A stretch of 64,000 nucleotides of DNA from Mustelus asterias (taxonomy: Eukaryota): the NCBI RefSeq assembly GCF_964213995.1, contig NW_027590160.1:992001-1056000 (forward strand), given 5' to 3'. Positions 25,001 through 38,420 of this stretch are shown here, piece by piece (positions within the stretch are counted from its first letter, which is position 1; each line of letters opens with the position of its first letter). The position numbers and the translations under genes are program-made. Under the pieces are notes generated by a model, which did not search any database, was not told where the DNA came from, and saw only the letters and a list, made by a program, of their open reading frames with translations.

Positions 25001-26280
25001 CTGGACCAGTCCTTTAGCCAAAGATTCAATTGTACTAACTCCCTATTCTTAGCCTCACTGGCACGAGGCATTGGGAGCAGCCCAGAGATGGCCACCCTGG
25101 AGGCCCTACTTTTTAGTCTATTTCCCAACTCCCTGAATTGCTCTCGTAGGATCCCCCTGCTCTTCCTATCTACGTCAGTTGCACCAATGTGTACAATGAC
25201 ATCTGTTTCTTTATCTTCCCCTTTTTAAGATGCCTCCTATCCGCTTGGAGACATCCAGTACCCCAGCACCAGGTAGGCAGACTACCATCCTGGAGTCCCG
25301 TTCGCACCCACAGAATCGCCTGTCTGTGCCTCTAACCGACGCATCCCCCACCACTATTTCTCTCCTAATCCCTCTCTTTCCTTTCTGGGCCACAGAGCCT
25401 GACTTTGTGCCAGTGACCTGGTCACTGTGGCTTACCCCTGGAGAGTCATCCTCTTCCACACTATCCAAAACAATATACTTGTTTTGGAGTGGGACAACCA
25501 CGGGTGACCCCTCCACTAATTGCTCACTCCCCTCCCCTCTCACACCTATCGCCGAGCCCTTCCTATTATGAGAGACAGCCACTGGAGTACTCTCTGGTAC
25601 ACTACCCTTCTGACCTTTACTCCTCCTAACTGTGACCCACGTGTCTTCCTCCCGTTGCCCCGGTGTAACTAGTTCCCTATAACTCGTGTCAATTATTCTC
25701 TCATTCTCCCTGACTAGACCAAGGTCAGCAATCTGCAGCTCCAGTTCCCTGACACGGAACCTCAGGAGCTGCAGTTCCACGCACCTGGCACAAATGTGAA
25801 CCTCTGGGAGGCTAGGTGTTTCCAGGAACTCCCACATCCCACACCGGAAGCACCGAACTGGCCTATCGCTCATAGCTACCCTTATCCGATACAGGTTTGG
25901 ATAAAAATAACTTGCCCTGCCTCGCCCTTACCGCCTAAGCCCTCTGAGCCAAAGCCCTGACAGCTCTCACTCTGCTTCCCACAAGCCCTGTGAGCCAAAG
26001 CCCTGACAGCTCCCACTCTGCTTCACTTGCTCCACTGCCCGCTCGTAAGTGCTGCCTGCCTTTTAAAGCCAGCAACAAACCTCCCCAGGCCTACTTCCGG
26101 TTTTGAAAAAAAAACCTCCGATTTTACGCACAAAATTAACTGAAAAAAAAAATAAATCTCCACTAAAAAACACTCTCTTACCCTCAGTTCTCTCTGTGGA
26201 ACAGAGGCTGAAACCTCCAAGGCAATCCCTTTTTAAAGCCAGCAACAAACCTCCCCAGGCCGAGTAACCTGGGTTACATC
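22023..26280 (-). mobile_element. CR1 LINE, near full length but degraded, nested in Tx1 copy A
   Basis: ORF1 25211-25873 (C..C zinc finger, leucine zipper, SGNH esterase-like IVVGD); EN and RT fragments; same family as 52530-56650. Confidence 0.9.
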
Positions 26281-26299
26281 CCATCCGGACCTGGCGACT

Positions 26300-28440
26300 T
26301 ATCTATCTTGATGCCATTCAAAGATTCCAGCACAACCTCTTAAAGTCCACATACTCAATCTTTTCAGTCCACCACAAGCCCACAGTACATCCACCCATGT
26401 CCTTCTCTGTGAAAACCGAGGCAAAATACTCATTGAGCACCTCTGCCATTTCTACTGGTTCTGTACAGATTTTCCCACCTTCACCTTTTATAGGCCCTAT
26501 TCCGTCAGGTCTCATCCTTTTACTCTTCACATATTTATAGAATGCCTTGGGGTTCTCCTTAATCCTACCTGCCAGGGCCTTCTCGTGACCCATTCTGGCT
26601 CTCCTAATTTCCTCCTTTAGTCCCTTCCAACAAGCCGTATACTCTTCTAAATCCCTATCTTTGCCAAGCTCTGAGTCTTTTGTACGCTTTCCTTTTCTTC
26701 TTGACTAGGTCCCGCACAGCTTTCGTGCACCACGGTTCCTTTAACTGACCAACACCTCCCTGTCTGCTCGGAACGTTGTTCTGTAGAACTCTAGACAGGC
26801 ATTCCTTGAAAAACTGCCACCTCTCTTCAGTACACTTCCCTGAGAATACCTCCTTCCAATTTACTCCTCTAATTTGCTGCCTGCTGCCTTCATATTTCCC
26901 CTTACTCCATATAAACACTTTCCTGGCTTGCCTGATCCTCTCTTTTTTTTTCTAATGCAAGCCTAAAGGAGAGAGAGTTATGATCGCTATCCCCAAGATG
27001 CTCTCCCACTGAGAGATCTGACACCTGTCCAGGTTCATTGGTCAGTATCAGATCAAGTACAGCCTCTCCTCTTGTAGGCTTGTCCACATGCTGTGTCAGG
27101 AAACCCTCCTGAACACACCTAATGAACTCTTCCCCATCCAATCCCCTTACCCTCGGGATATTCCAATCTATGTTTGGGAAATTAAAGTCTCCCATCTCAA
27201 CAACTCTGCTATTACTGCATCTCTCCAGGATCTGTTACCCTATCTGCTCCTCCACCTCCCTGTTACTATTAGGCGGCCTATAGAAAACTCCCAGCAAAGT
27301 GACCGGCCCCTTTGCACTCTGTACCTCCACCCACAGAGACTCGGTGGACAATCCCTTCACAGCATACACCTTCTCTACAGCTGTGACACTATCCCTGATC
27401 AGCAGTGCCACTCCACCCCCTCTCTTGCCTCCCCTGTCCTTCCTGAAACATCTGAATCCCGGCACCTGGAGTATCCAGTCCTGTCCCTGAGACATCCGAG
27501 TCTCCGTAATGGCCACCACATCATACTTCCAGGCATCAATCCACACTCTAAGCTCATCCCCTTTATTCACTATACTCCTGGCATTAAAGTAAACAAATCT
27601 CAATCCTTTGGTCTGAGCTCTCCCCTTCTCTATTCCCTGTCCATTCACCCTCTTGCACTGCCTATAACCCTTCTGTTTGCGAGCTAACTTCCTCACTCTG
27701 ATCCCCTCCCCCAACCTATCGAGTTTAAACTCTCCCCAGTAGCCTTAGCCAACCTTCCTGCCAGGATATTGGTCCCCCTGGGATTCAAGTGCCACCCGTT
27801 TTTTGTGTACAGGTCACACCTGCCCCTGAAGAGGTCCCAATGGTCCAGGAACCTGACTCCCTACCCCCTGCACCAGTCCCTCAGCCACACATTCATCCTC
27901 CACCTCACTCCATTCCTGTCCTCACCTTCCCATGGCACAGGCAGCAATCCTGAGATTACTACCTTTGCTTTCCTCCTCCTCAGCTGTCTCCCTAATTCCC
28001 TATACTCTCTTTTCATGACCCCTTCCCCCTTCCTTCCCACATCAGCGGTACCAATATGTACCGCTACCTCCGGCTCCTCTCCCTCCCCCCTCAGGATTTC
28101 TGGGACTCGCCCAGCAACATCCTGAATCCCAGCCCCAGGGAGGCAGACCACCATGCGAGACTCCCACCTGCCTCCGCAAAATCGCCTGTCCGTCCCCCTG
28201 ACTGCCGAGTCCCCGATTAATACTGCCTTCCCCTCTTTAGCCCTCTGAGTTACAGGGCCGGACTCCTCCCCGGAGACACGGCCACTGCTGCTTCCCCCAG
28301 GCGGGCTGTCCCCCCCCCCCCCCCCCCCAACAGTACTCAGGCAGGAGTACTTGTTGTGTAGGGGCACATCCACCGGGGTGCTCTCAATCACCCGAGCTTT
28401 ACCCTTCCTGGCCGTCACCCACTTGGCCTCCTCCTGTGGA
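26300..28440 (-). mobile_element. Second CR1 LINE fragment (ORF1 esterase plus endonuclease)
   Basis: AVLIGDSAVRG..VVCLPGA; YFNARSI..ITET; GDFNFP..SDHN. Confidence 0.85.
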
Positions 28441-28746
28441 CCACCTGATGATAGGGACACGAACATTGGGGTGTTGCCCCAGTCCCCCGACAGACTGAAG
28501 AAGAACTCCGGGTTGTAACCGGCCGGGTGGAACGGAACCGTGGGGGCCCCGCTGCCACCCGGCCCCGGAGACTCCTCGCCGGGGGACTGAGGCAGCACAC
28601 GCTTTGACTTACAGGGTGCCTTGCCCCCTTTTTTCTGGGGACAAGGCACAAAGACAGGTGGGGGCACGGCAGGAGATGACTCACAAGGGGGGAGGGGCAC
28701 GCAGACCTCGAACTCTACGGTGCCCGAGGGGCCCCGCCTCTTTTTG

Positions 28747-29859
28747 TTAACCTGCTCTCGGGCAAGTGAGGCCCCTCTTCGCCTTGCCGCACCCCTCCTG
28801 ACCCCCCATCACATCCCCCCGAGGTGGTGGCGTCACCAGTGTTGCCGGCTCGGGGTCGCTAACCCCCCCATGCTCGGGCCCATGATCCTGGGCATCCGCA
28901 GCGCCGGACCCAGCACTAGGCCCCGGAGAGCCCACGGGCCCGGCAGATGGTGGTGGTGGGGGGGGGGGTGCAGGGTGCAGGTGGAGACTGAGGTGGTCCC
29001 CGAGCCGGCTGCCGGGGTGGTCGGGGTGTCTTTCCTGGGGGCCGGGGTTCTGGTACCCCCCTTCTTTTTTGTAGGTCCCTTCTGGGTCTTCTGGCCACAC
29101 GGAGGCTCCGCTCCCCCCCCCGCTGGCAGCTGAGGTGACAGCTGCTGCCGGCGTGGCCTCCCCTCGCGGGGGGGCAGATGGTACTCGCTTGGGGGGAGAG
29201 GGGGCTGCGGTGCCAGCTGCGGCCACCTTGGGTTGGCGGTCGGCGGCCTTGGAGACGGGGCAGTTTTTCCGCACGTGCCCCGCCTCCTTACAGGCATGGC
29301 ACCGCACACCGTCCGCGGACCAAAAGACCCGGTAAGTGGTCCCCTCGTGGGGGACATTGAACCATCCCTCCAGTTCCTCCTCCCGGGCCAGGCGGACAAA
29401 AACCTGGCGCCGGAAGGAGTATATATGGCGGAGGAAGGGGTCCCGAAGGCCGAGCGGGATCGGCTGCACCCCGGACCTGACCTCCCCCAGTAGATGGAGG
29501 TGGGGGAGGAGGAGCTCACTCGGTAGGAAGGGCGGGACGTTCGAGATGATGATCCCGCCCACCGTGAGCTCCCTCTCCAGGGCGAGGTGGACCGCCCGCT
29601 CGGCCTTCAAAAAGAATACGGCCCGGCCGTACATCTTAGAGGCCGCGACAATGGCTGAGGGGCCGACAACCCCAGCCATTGCCTTGACGCAGGCCTCGAT
29701 AGACATGTCGGGGTGGGCGTAGCACTTCACCCCGAGCTGTCTGGTTATCAATGAAAATGGCGGCAGGGCCTTGGGAGCGGCGGGGGCTCTGGCAGCTGCC
29801 ACGCCCGCATAGGTGGGCCGAGAAGGCCCTGCCACCGGCGACGCTGTTGATGTCGCCAT
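28747..29859 (-). pseudogene. Tx1 ORF1 (gag-like, CCHC knuckle), frameshifted C-terminus
   Basis: AIVAASKMYGRAVFFL, IIISNVPPFL, CHACKEAGHVRKNC. Confidence 0.8.
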
Positions 29860-30624
29860 CGTATCAAGGGAAGTGCTACACCCACCCCGAGACTGCCCAG
29901 ATGTACGGCAGGGCGTATGTGAGGAGGGGAAAATAAGGGTAGGTGGGGAGGGGTGTCGGTGCTCTTTCCCCGGAGTGAGAGGGGAGAGGAGGTCGGAGGA
30001 GTAGGAGGGAGACGAGGAACAAGGCCGGTGCCCCAGTCAGGAGGGAAAAAGGGGAGGGGGTGCCAATCTTGGGGGCAGCAGCAGTTGGTGGGGGACTTAG
30101 GAAAGGTCTTCACCCCCCCCCACTGCAGATGGAGAAGAGACAGTCCAAACACCTTCGCCCCCCCCTCCCCTCCAGTCACTCCCTGTCCTCTCTTCCTCCC
30201 TCCCCCCGGGGAGAGCGCACCCTCCAGAGGCCGGACGGCAGGCAGGCAGTCCAGACGGCAGGCAGGCAAAACGGCAAGACGGCAAGCAGGCAGGCAGTCC
30301 AGACGGCAGGCAGGCAGGCCGGGGGGCAGGCCGGGCGGCAGTCCGGGTGGCAGGCCAGGCAGTCCGGGCGGCAAGGCAGGCAGCAGCTCGCCTCCCTCCT
30401 TCCTTTCCCCTTCCCTCCCTCCTTCCTCCCCGCAGGGAGCCAAGAACAAGCAAGCAAAAACAAAACAAACAGAACTGGTCGTCTTCCCAAACAAACTGAA
30501 AAATAAAGTGCGTTACTCACAACAAAACAAAAAGAAAGCAAGCCCACAGTTTCCGCCTGGTTCTGACCCGGGGTTTTCCGCGTCTCCAGCGAACGTGAAT
30601 CCACTTCACTACAGAAACAAAATT

Positions 30625-30810
30625 AGATGTTGCCCAGAGGAGGAAGTGTCACTCTGAAGCTCATTGGCCAACTTCTGCATTGTGACATCACAAACCTGCC
30701 TGAATCAGCCAATCGGAATCACCCTGCTCCGCGGTGACGTCTCCGGGTTCCAGTGAGCAGGCCCTGGCGCGTGGACCCGGGAGCCCCGCCCCCACCCATT
30801 GTTCCCCTCT
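30625..30810 (-). promoter_or_regulatory. ZNF-type promoter and first exon upstream of Tx1 copy A
   Basis: 30720-30806 paralogous to 51690-51760; 30625-30663 resembles exon 51300-51345; CCAAT, CRE-like and GC boxes. Confidence 0.65.
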
Positions 30811-32193
30811 GGTGGCAAAAGGACTAAAATGGTCAGGATGATAAAGTCTGGGTTCTGATTCCCGAGCCCATGTAGAATTAACAAAATGAGTGAACCAGTT
30901 TATAAAGAACAGAAGTTACCCATCCCTAACAAAAACTGATCAAATGAAAATAATTAGGTTGAGGAAAATAACAAAAAATTAATAGATGAAGCTTAAAATC
31001 AAGTTTGTTTGGTTGATAGAGAAGTTTTTAAAACTTGTACAAAGTGACGTAATTGTGTGCCAAGTTTTTGCCGCTCACTCCCACCCCTTTAGGTTCTGTA
31101 GAAAAGTTAACCCTTTCAGCAGACATTTGATTTGTTTTTAAATCACCCAGAAACTAATCTGTCTATTTTAGTTTATAATTGAGGATTTATAGGATCCAGT
31201 TAAATGTGGAAATTTACGCATAGCCTGGAGGAATTTGGAATAACTGAGAATTTTATCGTGTTGTCACCTCAACCCCAGGTAAAGAACAAAGATTTTTCCG
31301 GTGGTAACTTGTTTGCGATTTTACATATAAATCAGGTCTTGGAAGTTGGCTAAAAAAGGTTAGAATGAAGGATCTTGTATCTTATTCAAGGAGTTGTGAG
31401 CTTGTAGTGCTCTGTCGCTTTAAGAAGCTATAGCTGCGAGAGAGAGAATGCTGACTATTCATTGTTTGAAATTTACAAGCTGTGAGAACCTGCATGTTTC
31501 ATTTGTTTTATAGATGTTTGTAGATGCGTTTTATCATTGTTTTGGGCTACATTTGTTGAGGTTTATCTTTCTGGGAAATTAACCTTATCTTGAGTCTTTA
31601 ATTAAAGGCATTTCTGGAAGTTTAAAAACAGAACCACAAGAACGCTTAAGGAATTCATTCTGGTTATTGTTGTTGTAAAGCACATGCTAAGTTTCTCTGT
31701 TTGTGTATGGATGATATTTATGGATTGAACGCTTCAAGCTTTGAGGCTTTCTGTCTGTGATTTAAATCAAACAGATTTTAAATAAGTAAGTGTGATTAAT
31801 AAAGCTTTTTTTCATAAATTATGAACCTGGAACCAGATTTACTGGCCAGAGATATGATTCCAGGATCTTTTACGAAACATGCAGGAATTTCAATCCAGAT
31901 ACAATTCACATGTGAGAATGAGAATTTTAATTTGTAATGGTTATTTAAAATTTGACACATGTGAAATGATTCTGACCAATCCTGTGTTGGATTGATCTTG
32001 AGTTAAACTTCCTGTCGGATCCAAAGATTTATCCCTGATGCAATTAACACAATGAAAAGGAAAATTCTGGAATTGGATACTGAAGGAAAGTTTAAAAGGA
32101 GAGATTATGAAATAGAAATGATTCCCAGACCATGTGGTCATTAGATTAAAACAAAGAAAGGGCGCTGACATCCATGGTGGCACAGTGACAGTG

Positions 32194-32460
32194 ACGGCAC
32201 GGTGGCACAGTTTTTAGCACTGCTGCCTCACAGCGCCAGGGACCCAGGTTCGATTCCCGGCTTGGGTCACTGTCTGTGTGGAGTTTGCATATTCTCCCCG
32301 TGTCTGCTTGGGTTTCCTTCGGGTGCTCTGGTTTCCTCTCTGCCTGAAAGACGTGCTGGTTCGGTGCATTGACCTGAACAGGCATCGGAGTGTGGCGACT
32401 GGGGGAGTTTCACAGTAACTTCATTGCAAGCCTTACTTGTGACAAATAAATAAACTTTTT
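32194..32460 (+). mobile_element. V-SINE variant with alternative tail
   Basis: HE1-like head and core, tail ...cacagtaacttcattgca...aataaataaacttt. Confidence 0.75.
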
Positions 32461-32594
32461 TAAACAACTAATTTTGAGAAATTTTAATCCACGCCTTTTC
32501 AAACGAAGGGAATCTCAGTACAAAGAAAGCCCAAGGATGGTAGATAAGGAGTTTTGGAAAGCATCATGATGGGGGCACCTATCTGTTCATGAGA

Positions 32595-33632
32595 TAGAAC
32601 AGTACAGCACAGTACTGGCCATTCGGCCCACGATGTTGTGCCAAACCTTTTCCGAAACCAAGATCAAGCTATCCCACTCCCTATCATCCTGGTGTGCTCC
32701 ATGTGCCTATCCAATAACTGCTTGAAAGTTCCTAAAGTGTCTGACTCCACTATCACAGCAGGCAGTCCATTCCACACCCCAACCACTCTCTGCGTAAAGA
32801 ACCTACCTCGTCCATCCCTCCTATATCTTCCACTACGAACCTTATAGTTATGCCCCCTAGTAACAGCTACATCCACCCGAGGAAATAGTCTCTGAACGTC
32901 CACTCTATCTATCCCCCTCATCATCTTATAAACCTCTATTAAGTCGCCTCTCAACCTCCTCCACTCTAAAGAGAAAAGCCTTAGCTCCCTCAACCTTTCC
33001 TCATAAGACCTACCCTCCAAACCAGGCAGCATCCTGGTAAATCTCCTCTGCACTCTTTCCAGCGCTTCCACATCCTTCTTATAGTGAAGTGACCAGAACT
33101 GCACACAATATTCCAAATGTGGTCGCACCAAGGTCCTGTACAGTTGCAGCATAACCCCACGGCTCTTAAACTCCAACCCCCTGTTAATAAACACACTATA
33201 GGCCTTCTTCATGGCTCTATCCACTTGAGTGGCAACCTTCAGAGATCTGTGGATATGAACCCCAAGATCTCTCTGTTCCTCCACATTCCTCAGAACCCTA
33301 TATTTGACCCTGTAATCCGCATTCAAATTTGTCCGACCAAAATGAATCACCTCGCACTTATCAGGGTTAAACTCCATCTGCCATTTTTTGGCCAGCTTTG
33401 CATCCTATCTATGTCTCTTTGCAGCCTACAACAGCCCTCCACCTCATCCACTACTCCACTAATCTTGGTGTCATCCGCAAATTTACTGATCCACCCTTCA
33501 GCCCCCTCCTCCAAGTCATTTATAAAAATCACAAATAGCAGACGACCCAGCACTGACCCTTGTGGTACACCGCTGGTAACTGGGCTCCAGTCTGAAAAAT
33601 TTCCATCCACCACCACCCTCTGTCTTCTATGA
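32595..33632 (-). mobile_element. CR1 LINE 3' part
   Basis: PQGSVLG, FADD, RPHLEYCVQFW, 3'UTR. Confidence 0.9.
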
Positions 33633-36600
33633 GACACAGTAAGAAGTTTAACAACACCAGGTTAAAGCCCAACAGGTTTATTTGGTAGCAAAAGTCACAA
33701 GCTTTCGGAGCCTTAAGCTCCTTCTTTCGGTGAGTGGGAATTCTGTTCACAAACAGGGCATATAAAGACACAAACTCAATTTACAGAATAATGGTTGGAA
33801 TGTGAATACTTACAGATAATCAAGTCTTAAAGGTACAAACAATGTGAGTGGAGAGAGCATTAAGACAGGTTAAAGAGATGTGTATTGTCTCCAGGACAGC
33901 CAGTGCGACTCTGCAAGTTCAGGCAAGCTGTGGGGATTACAGATCGTCATTACAGATCGATTGTGAGTGAGAGTGAGGAAGGTAGCTCGCAAACAGAGAA
34001 GGGTTATAGGCAGTGCAAGAGGGCAGGTGGACTGGGAACAGAGAAGGGGAGAGGTCAGACCATAGGATTGAGAGGTGTCTACTCTAATGCCAGGAGTATA
34101 GTGAATAAACAACTAGCTAAAGGAGGAGAGGGCTTGGGAGATGTTAGTAGCGCTTCAACAAACCGGGTCCAGATAAAGGCTGGCATAAAGACACTTTGCC
34201 TGAATGCACGAAGCATTCGAAACAAAGTAAATGAGTTGATGGCACAAATCCATACAAATGAATATGATCTAGTATCCATCACAGAAACGTGGTTGCAGGG
34301 TGACCAGGACTGGGAACTGAATATACAGGGTTATCAGGCATTTAGGAAGGATAGACAGGTAGAAAAAGGAGGTGGGGTAGCTTTGTTAATAAAGGATAAT
34401 ATCAGGACAGTAGTGAGACACGACATAGGCTCTAAGGAGCAAAACGTGGAATCGTTGTGGGTGGAGATATGGAATAGTAGGGGGAGAAAGACACTGGTAG
34501 GCATGGTCTATAGGCCCCCAAATAATAACTTAGAGGTGGGGAGGGCTATAAACAAGCAAATAATGGATGCGTGCAAAAGTGGAACGGCAATAATCATGGG
34601 GGATTTTAACCTACATATTGATTGGTCGACTCAAATTGGACGTGGAGGGCTTGAGGAAGAGTTCTTGGAATGCTGTCGGGATTGTTTCATTGAACAGTAT
34701 GTTACAGAACCTACGAGAGAGCGAGCTATCTTGGATCTGGTTCTGTGCAATGAGACAGGTCGGATTAAGGCTCTTCTTGTGAAGGATCCTCTTGGGATGA
34801 GTGATCATAATATGGTGGAATTTCTGATACAGATGGAGGAGGGTGAGAAAGTAGGGTCCCAAACCAGTGTCCTCTGCTTGAACAGAGGGGGGTACGATAG
34901 GATGAGGGTGGAATTGGCTAATGTAGACTGGGCGAGCAGACTGGTAGGTAGGACAGCTGAGGAACAGTGGAGGATTTTTAAGGAGATTTTTTTAAGTACT
35001 CGGCAAAAATATATTCCGGTGATAAAGAAGGACTGTAAGAAAAAGGATAACCGGACGTGGATAACGAAGGAAATAAAGGAGAGTATTAAAATAAAATCAG
35101 ATGCGTACAGAGTGGCCAAAAATAGTGGAGAATTAGTGGATTGGGAAAGCTTTAAAGAAAAACAAAGAACGACTAAGAAAGCGATTAAGAAAGGAAAGAT
35201 AGATTATGAAACTAAACTAGCTCAAAATATAAAAAATGATAGTAAAAGTTTTTACAAGTATATAAAAAGGAATAGAGTGGCTAAAGTGAATGTTGGACCC
35301 TTGGAAGATGAAAGGGGGGATTTAATAGTGGAAAACGAGGAAATGGCTGAGACTTTAATTAAGTTCTTTGTGTCGGTCTTCACGGTGGAAGACACAAATA
35401 GTTTGCTGAATATTAGAGATCGAGAGTTGGTGGGAGGGGAGGTCCTTAATACAATTACTGTTACTAAGGAGGTGGTGCTTGGTAGACTAATAGGACTGAA
35501 GGTAGACAAGTCCCCGGGCCCGGATGAAATGCATCCCAGGGTACTGAAAGAAATGGCTGAGGTAATAGCAGATGCGTTAGTAGTAATTTATCAAAATTCG
35601 CTGGACTCTGGGGTAGTGCCGGCTGACTGAAAAACAGCTACTGTTACGCCGCTGTTTAAAAAAGGAAGTAGACAAAAGGCGGGTAACTACAGGCCGGTTA
35701 GCTTAACGTCCGTAGTTGGGAAGATGCTAGAGTCCATTATTAAAGAGGAAATAACAGAGCACCTGAATAAGAATGGTTCGATCAAGCAGACGCAACATGT
35801 ATTCATGAAGGGAAAGTAGTGTTTGACGAATCTACTGGACTTTTATGAAGATGTCACTAATGCGGTTGACAGAGGGGAACCGGTGGATGCGGTGTTTTTA
35901 GATTTCCAGAAGGCGTTCGATAAGGTGCCTCACAAAAGGTTGCTGCAGAAGATTGGGGTACACGGAGTTAGGGGTAAGGTGTTGCCGTGGATTGGGGATT
36001 GGCTATCTAACAGGAAGCAGAGAGTTGGGATAAATGGGTGCTTTTCTGGTTGGCAGTTGGTGAGCAGTGGCGTGCCGCAGGGATCGGTGCTGGGGCCTCA
36101 ATTGTTTACCATTTACATAGATGATCTGGAGGAGGGGACTGAATCTAGGGTATTCAAGTTTGCTGATGACACGAAGGTGAGTGGGAAAGCGAATTGCGTG
36201 GAGGACGCGGAAAGTCTGCAGAGTTTTGGATAGGCTGAGCGAGTGGGCGAGGATCTGGCAGATGGAATATAACGTTAGCAAATGTGAGGTTATCCACTTT
36301 GCAAGAAATAATAGTAAATTGGAATATTATTTAAATGGAGAAAAATTACATCGTGCGACTGTGCAGAGGGACCTGGGGGTCCTTGTGCACGAATCGCAAA
36401 AACTCAGTCTGCAGGTGCAGCAGGTGATCAAGAAGGCGAATGGAATGTTGGCCTTTATCGCGAGGGGGATAGAATATAAAAGCAGGGAGGTCTTGCTGCA
36501 ACTGTACAAGGCACTAGTGAGGCCGCAACTGGAGTACTGTGTGCAGTTTTGGTCCCCTTATTTGCGAAAGGATATATTGGCCTTGGAGGGAGTGCAGAGA

Positions 36601-37285
36601 AGGTTCACCAGGTTGATACCGGAGATGAGGGGTGTAGCTGATGAGGAGAGATAAACAGATTGGGTCTGTACTCGTTGGAGTTTAGAAGGATGAGGGGTGA
36701 TCTTATAGAGACATATAAGATAATGAAGGGGCTGGATAGGGTAGAGGTGGAGAGATTCTTTCCACTTAGAAGGGAAACCAGAACTAGAGGGCACAGCCTC
36801 AAAATAAGGGGGGGCCGGTTCAGAACAGAGTTGAGGGGGAACTTCTTCTCTCAGAGGGTAGTGAATCTCTGGAATTCTCTGCCCATTGAAGTGGTGGAGG
36901 CTTCCTCATTGAATATGTTTAAATCACGGGTAGATAGTTTTCTGATCGATAAGGGAATTAGGGGATATGGGGAGCAGGCGGGTAAGTGGAACTGATTCGC
37001 TTCAGATCAGCCATGATCTTGTTGAATGGCGGGGCAGGCTCGAAGGGCCAGATGGCCTACTCCTGCTCCTATTTCTTATGTTCTTATGTCATGTGTGTGG
37101 AACTTGGCTATCAGTTTCTGCTCAGCGATTCTGCGCCGTCGTGTGTCGTGAAGGCTGCCTTGGAGAACGCTTACCCGAATATCAGAGGCCGAATGCCCGT
37201 GACCGCTGAAGTGCTCCCCAACAGGAAGAGAACAGTCTTGCCTGGTGATTGTCGAGTGGTGTTCATTCATCCGTTGTCGCAGCGT
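33633..37285 (-). mobile_element. Penelope 3' end split by a CR1 insertion (33633-33945 and 37090-37285)
   Basis: Terminal repeat with mutated hammerhead core; GIY-YIG C-terminus resumes after the CR1 tail. Confidence 0.75.
34105..37089 (+). mobile_element. CR1 LINE ORF2 (endonuclease plus RT) with several stops and frameshifts
   Basis: [32 protein letters not shown]; tail (tcttatgt)2. Confidence 0.9.
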
Positions 37286-38420
37286 CAAAATGGAGGAGAG
37301 AGTTCAGGGTGTGAAGTTGAACTCAATGTTGAGTCCAGAAGGCTGTAAGATGAGGGGCTGTTCGTCCAGCTTGTGTTGGGCTTCTCCGGAACATTGCAGC
37401 AGGCCGAGGACAGAAATGTGAGTGTGAGAGCAAGGTGGGGAATTCTAATCACAAGCAAGCGGAAGGTCAGGGCCAGGGAACAGGCTGCAGATGAATTAAA
37501 GAGAAACTATTTGGGTCCAGAATACTGTGAACATCCTTTTACTCTGGTTGTCTTTGATCCTCAAGTCATTTTCTGTTTGTTTTAACCATGTTCTGTTTCA
37601 TTAATAAACTTTTATCAGTAAAATATTTGATTGTTCTGGACTTTTCCTGATGAGATTGATGCACTTTAGGGAAAGTGGGTGAGAGGGGTTGGCAGGTTCT
37701 TTAACAGAAAGTGAGTCCCTCTAAGGTAATTGGCAAAGGAGCCAGAGGGGGAGATGAGATTTTATTTCATATTTTTGACACAGCGAGTTGTTCTGATCTG
37801 CCTGAAAGCAGATTCAATAGAATCTTTCCAAAGGGTAAAGACTTGAAAGGGAAGAATTTGCAGGGCTGTGGGGACAGAACAGAGCAGTTGGATGAATCAG
37901 TCCTTTCAAAGACATAGCATGGGTATGATGGGCTGAATGGACTCCTGTCAATCTCAGACTCCTGCTTCTGTGCAGGTTAAAAGGGACAGATTTCAGTGCA
38001 GCCTCTTCCCTGTATCTGTATTTAAAGAGACAGGTTTCTCTTTAGCTCTGAGTGACTGATATAACAATTGGTTGGAGGCCCATTTCCCAGTCAGTCCTCC
38101 AGCACCTTCCTGTCTCTCTATTAGTGCCACGCTCATGGCAGTTTCTCAAGTGGGGCACAGGCCCTGTTATTCTCAGCTAAATTCAGCCCTTAGCTCCACC
38201 GCCTGGCTGTCATTGACACGATAAGTCGGGAGACAGAAAGGTGCCCGAGGCTCAAATGGGAAGTTGAAACTTGTGGCTCTAAACCAACACTTCAACATTT
38301 GTCATCAAATCCATGTTATTTATACTGAAGTTTTTATTATTAGGTTTAGACACTGGAGGCAAAGGCTGGGGCTTTTTAAAGGGTAACTTTCCCTTTCTAA
38401 CTTCGTGTTGTCTATAATGT

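Larger units (their letters stand above)
21168..30624 (-). mobile_element. Tx1-clade non-LTR retrotransposon copy A, interior largely replaced by CR1 insertions; 11-bp TSD
   Basis: ORF1 at 28747-29859; ORF2 C-terminus with DLGWR..H..CPFCG..ESVDHVYVEC (21300-22020); TSD agatgttgccc at 21157-21167 and 30625-30635. Confidence 0.8.
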
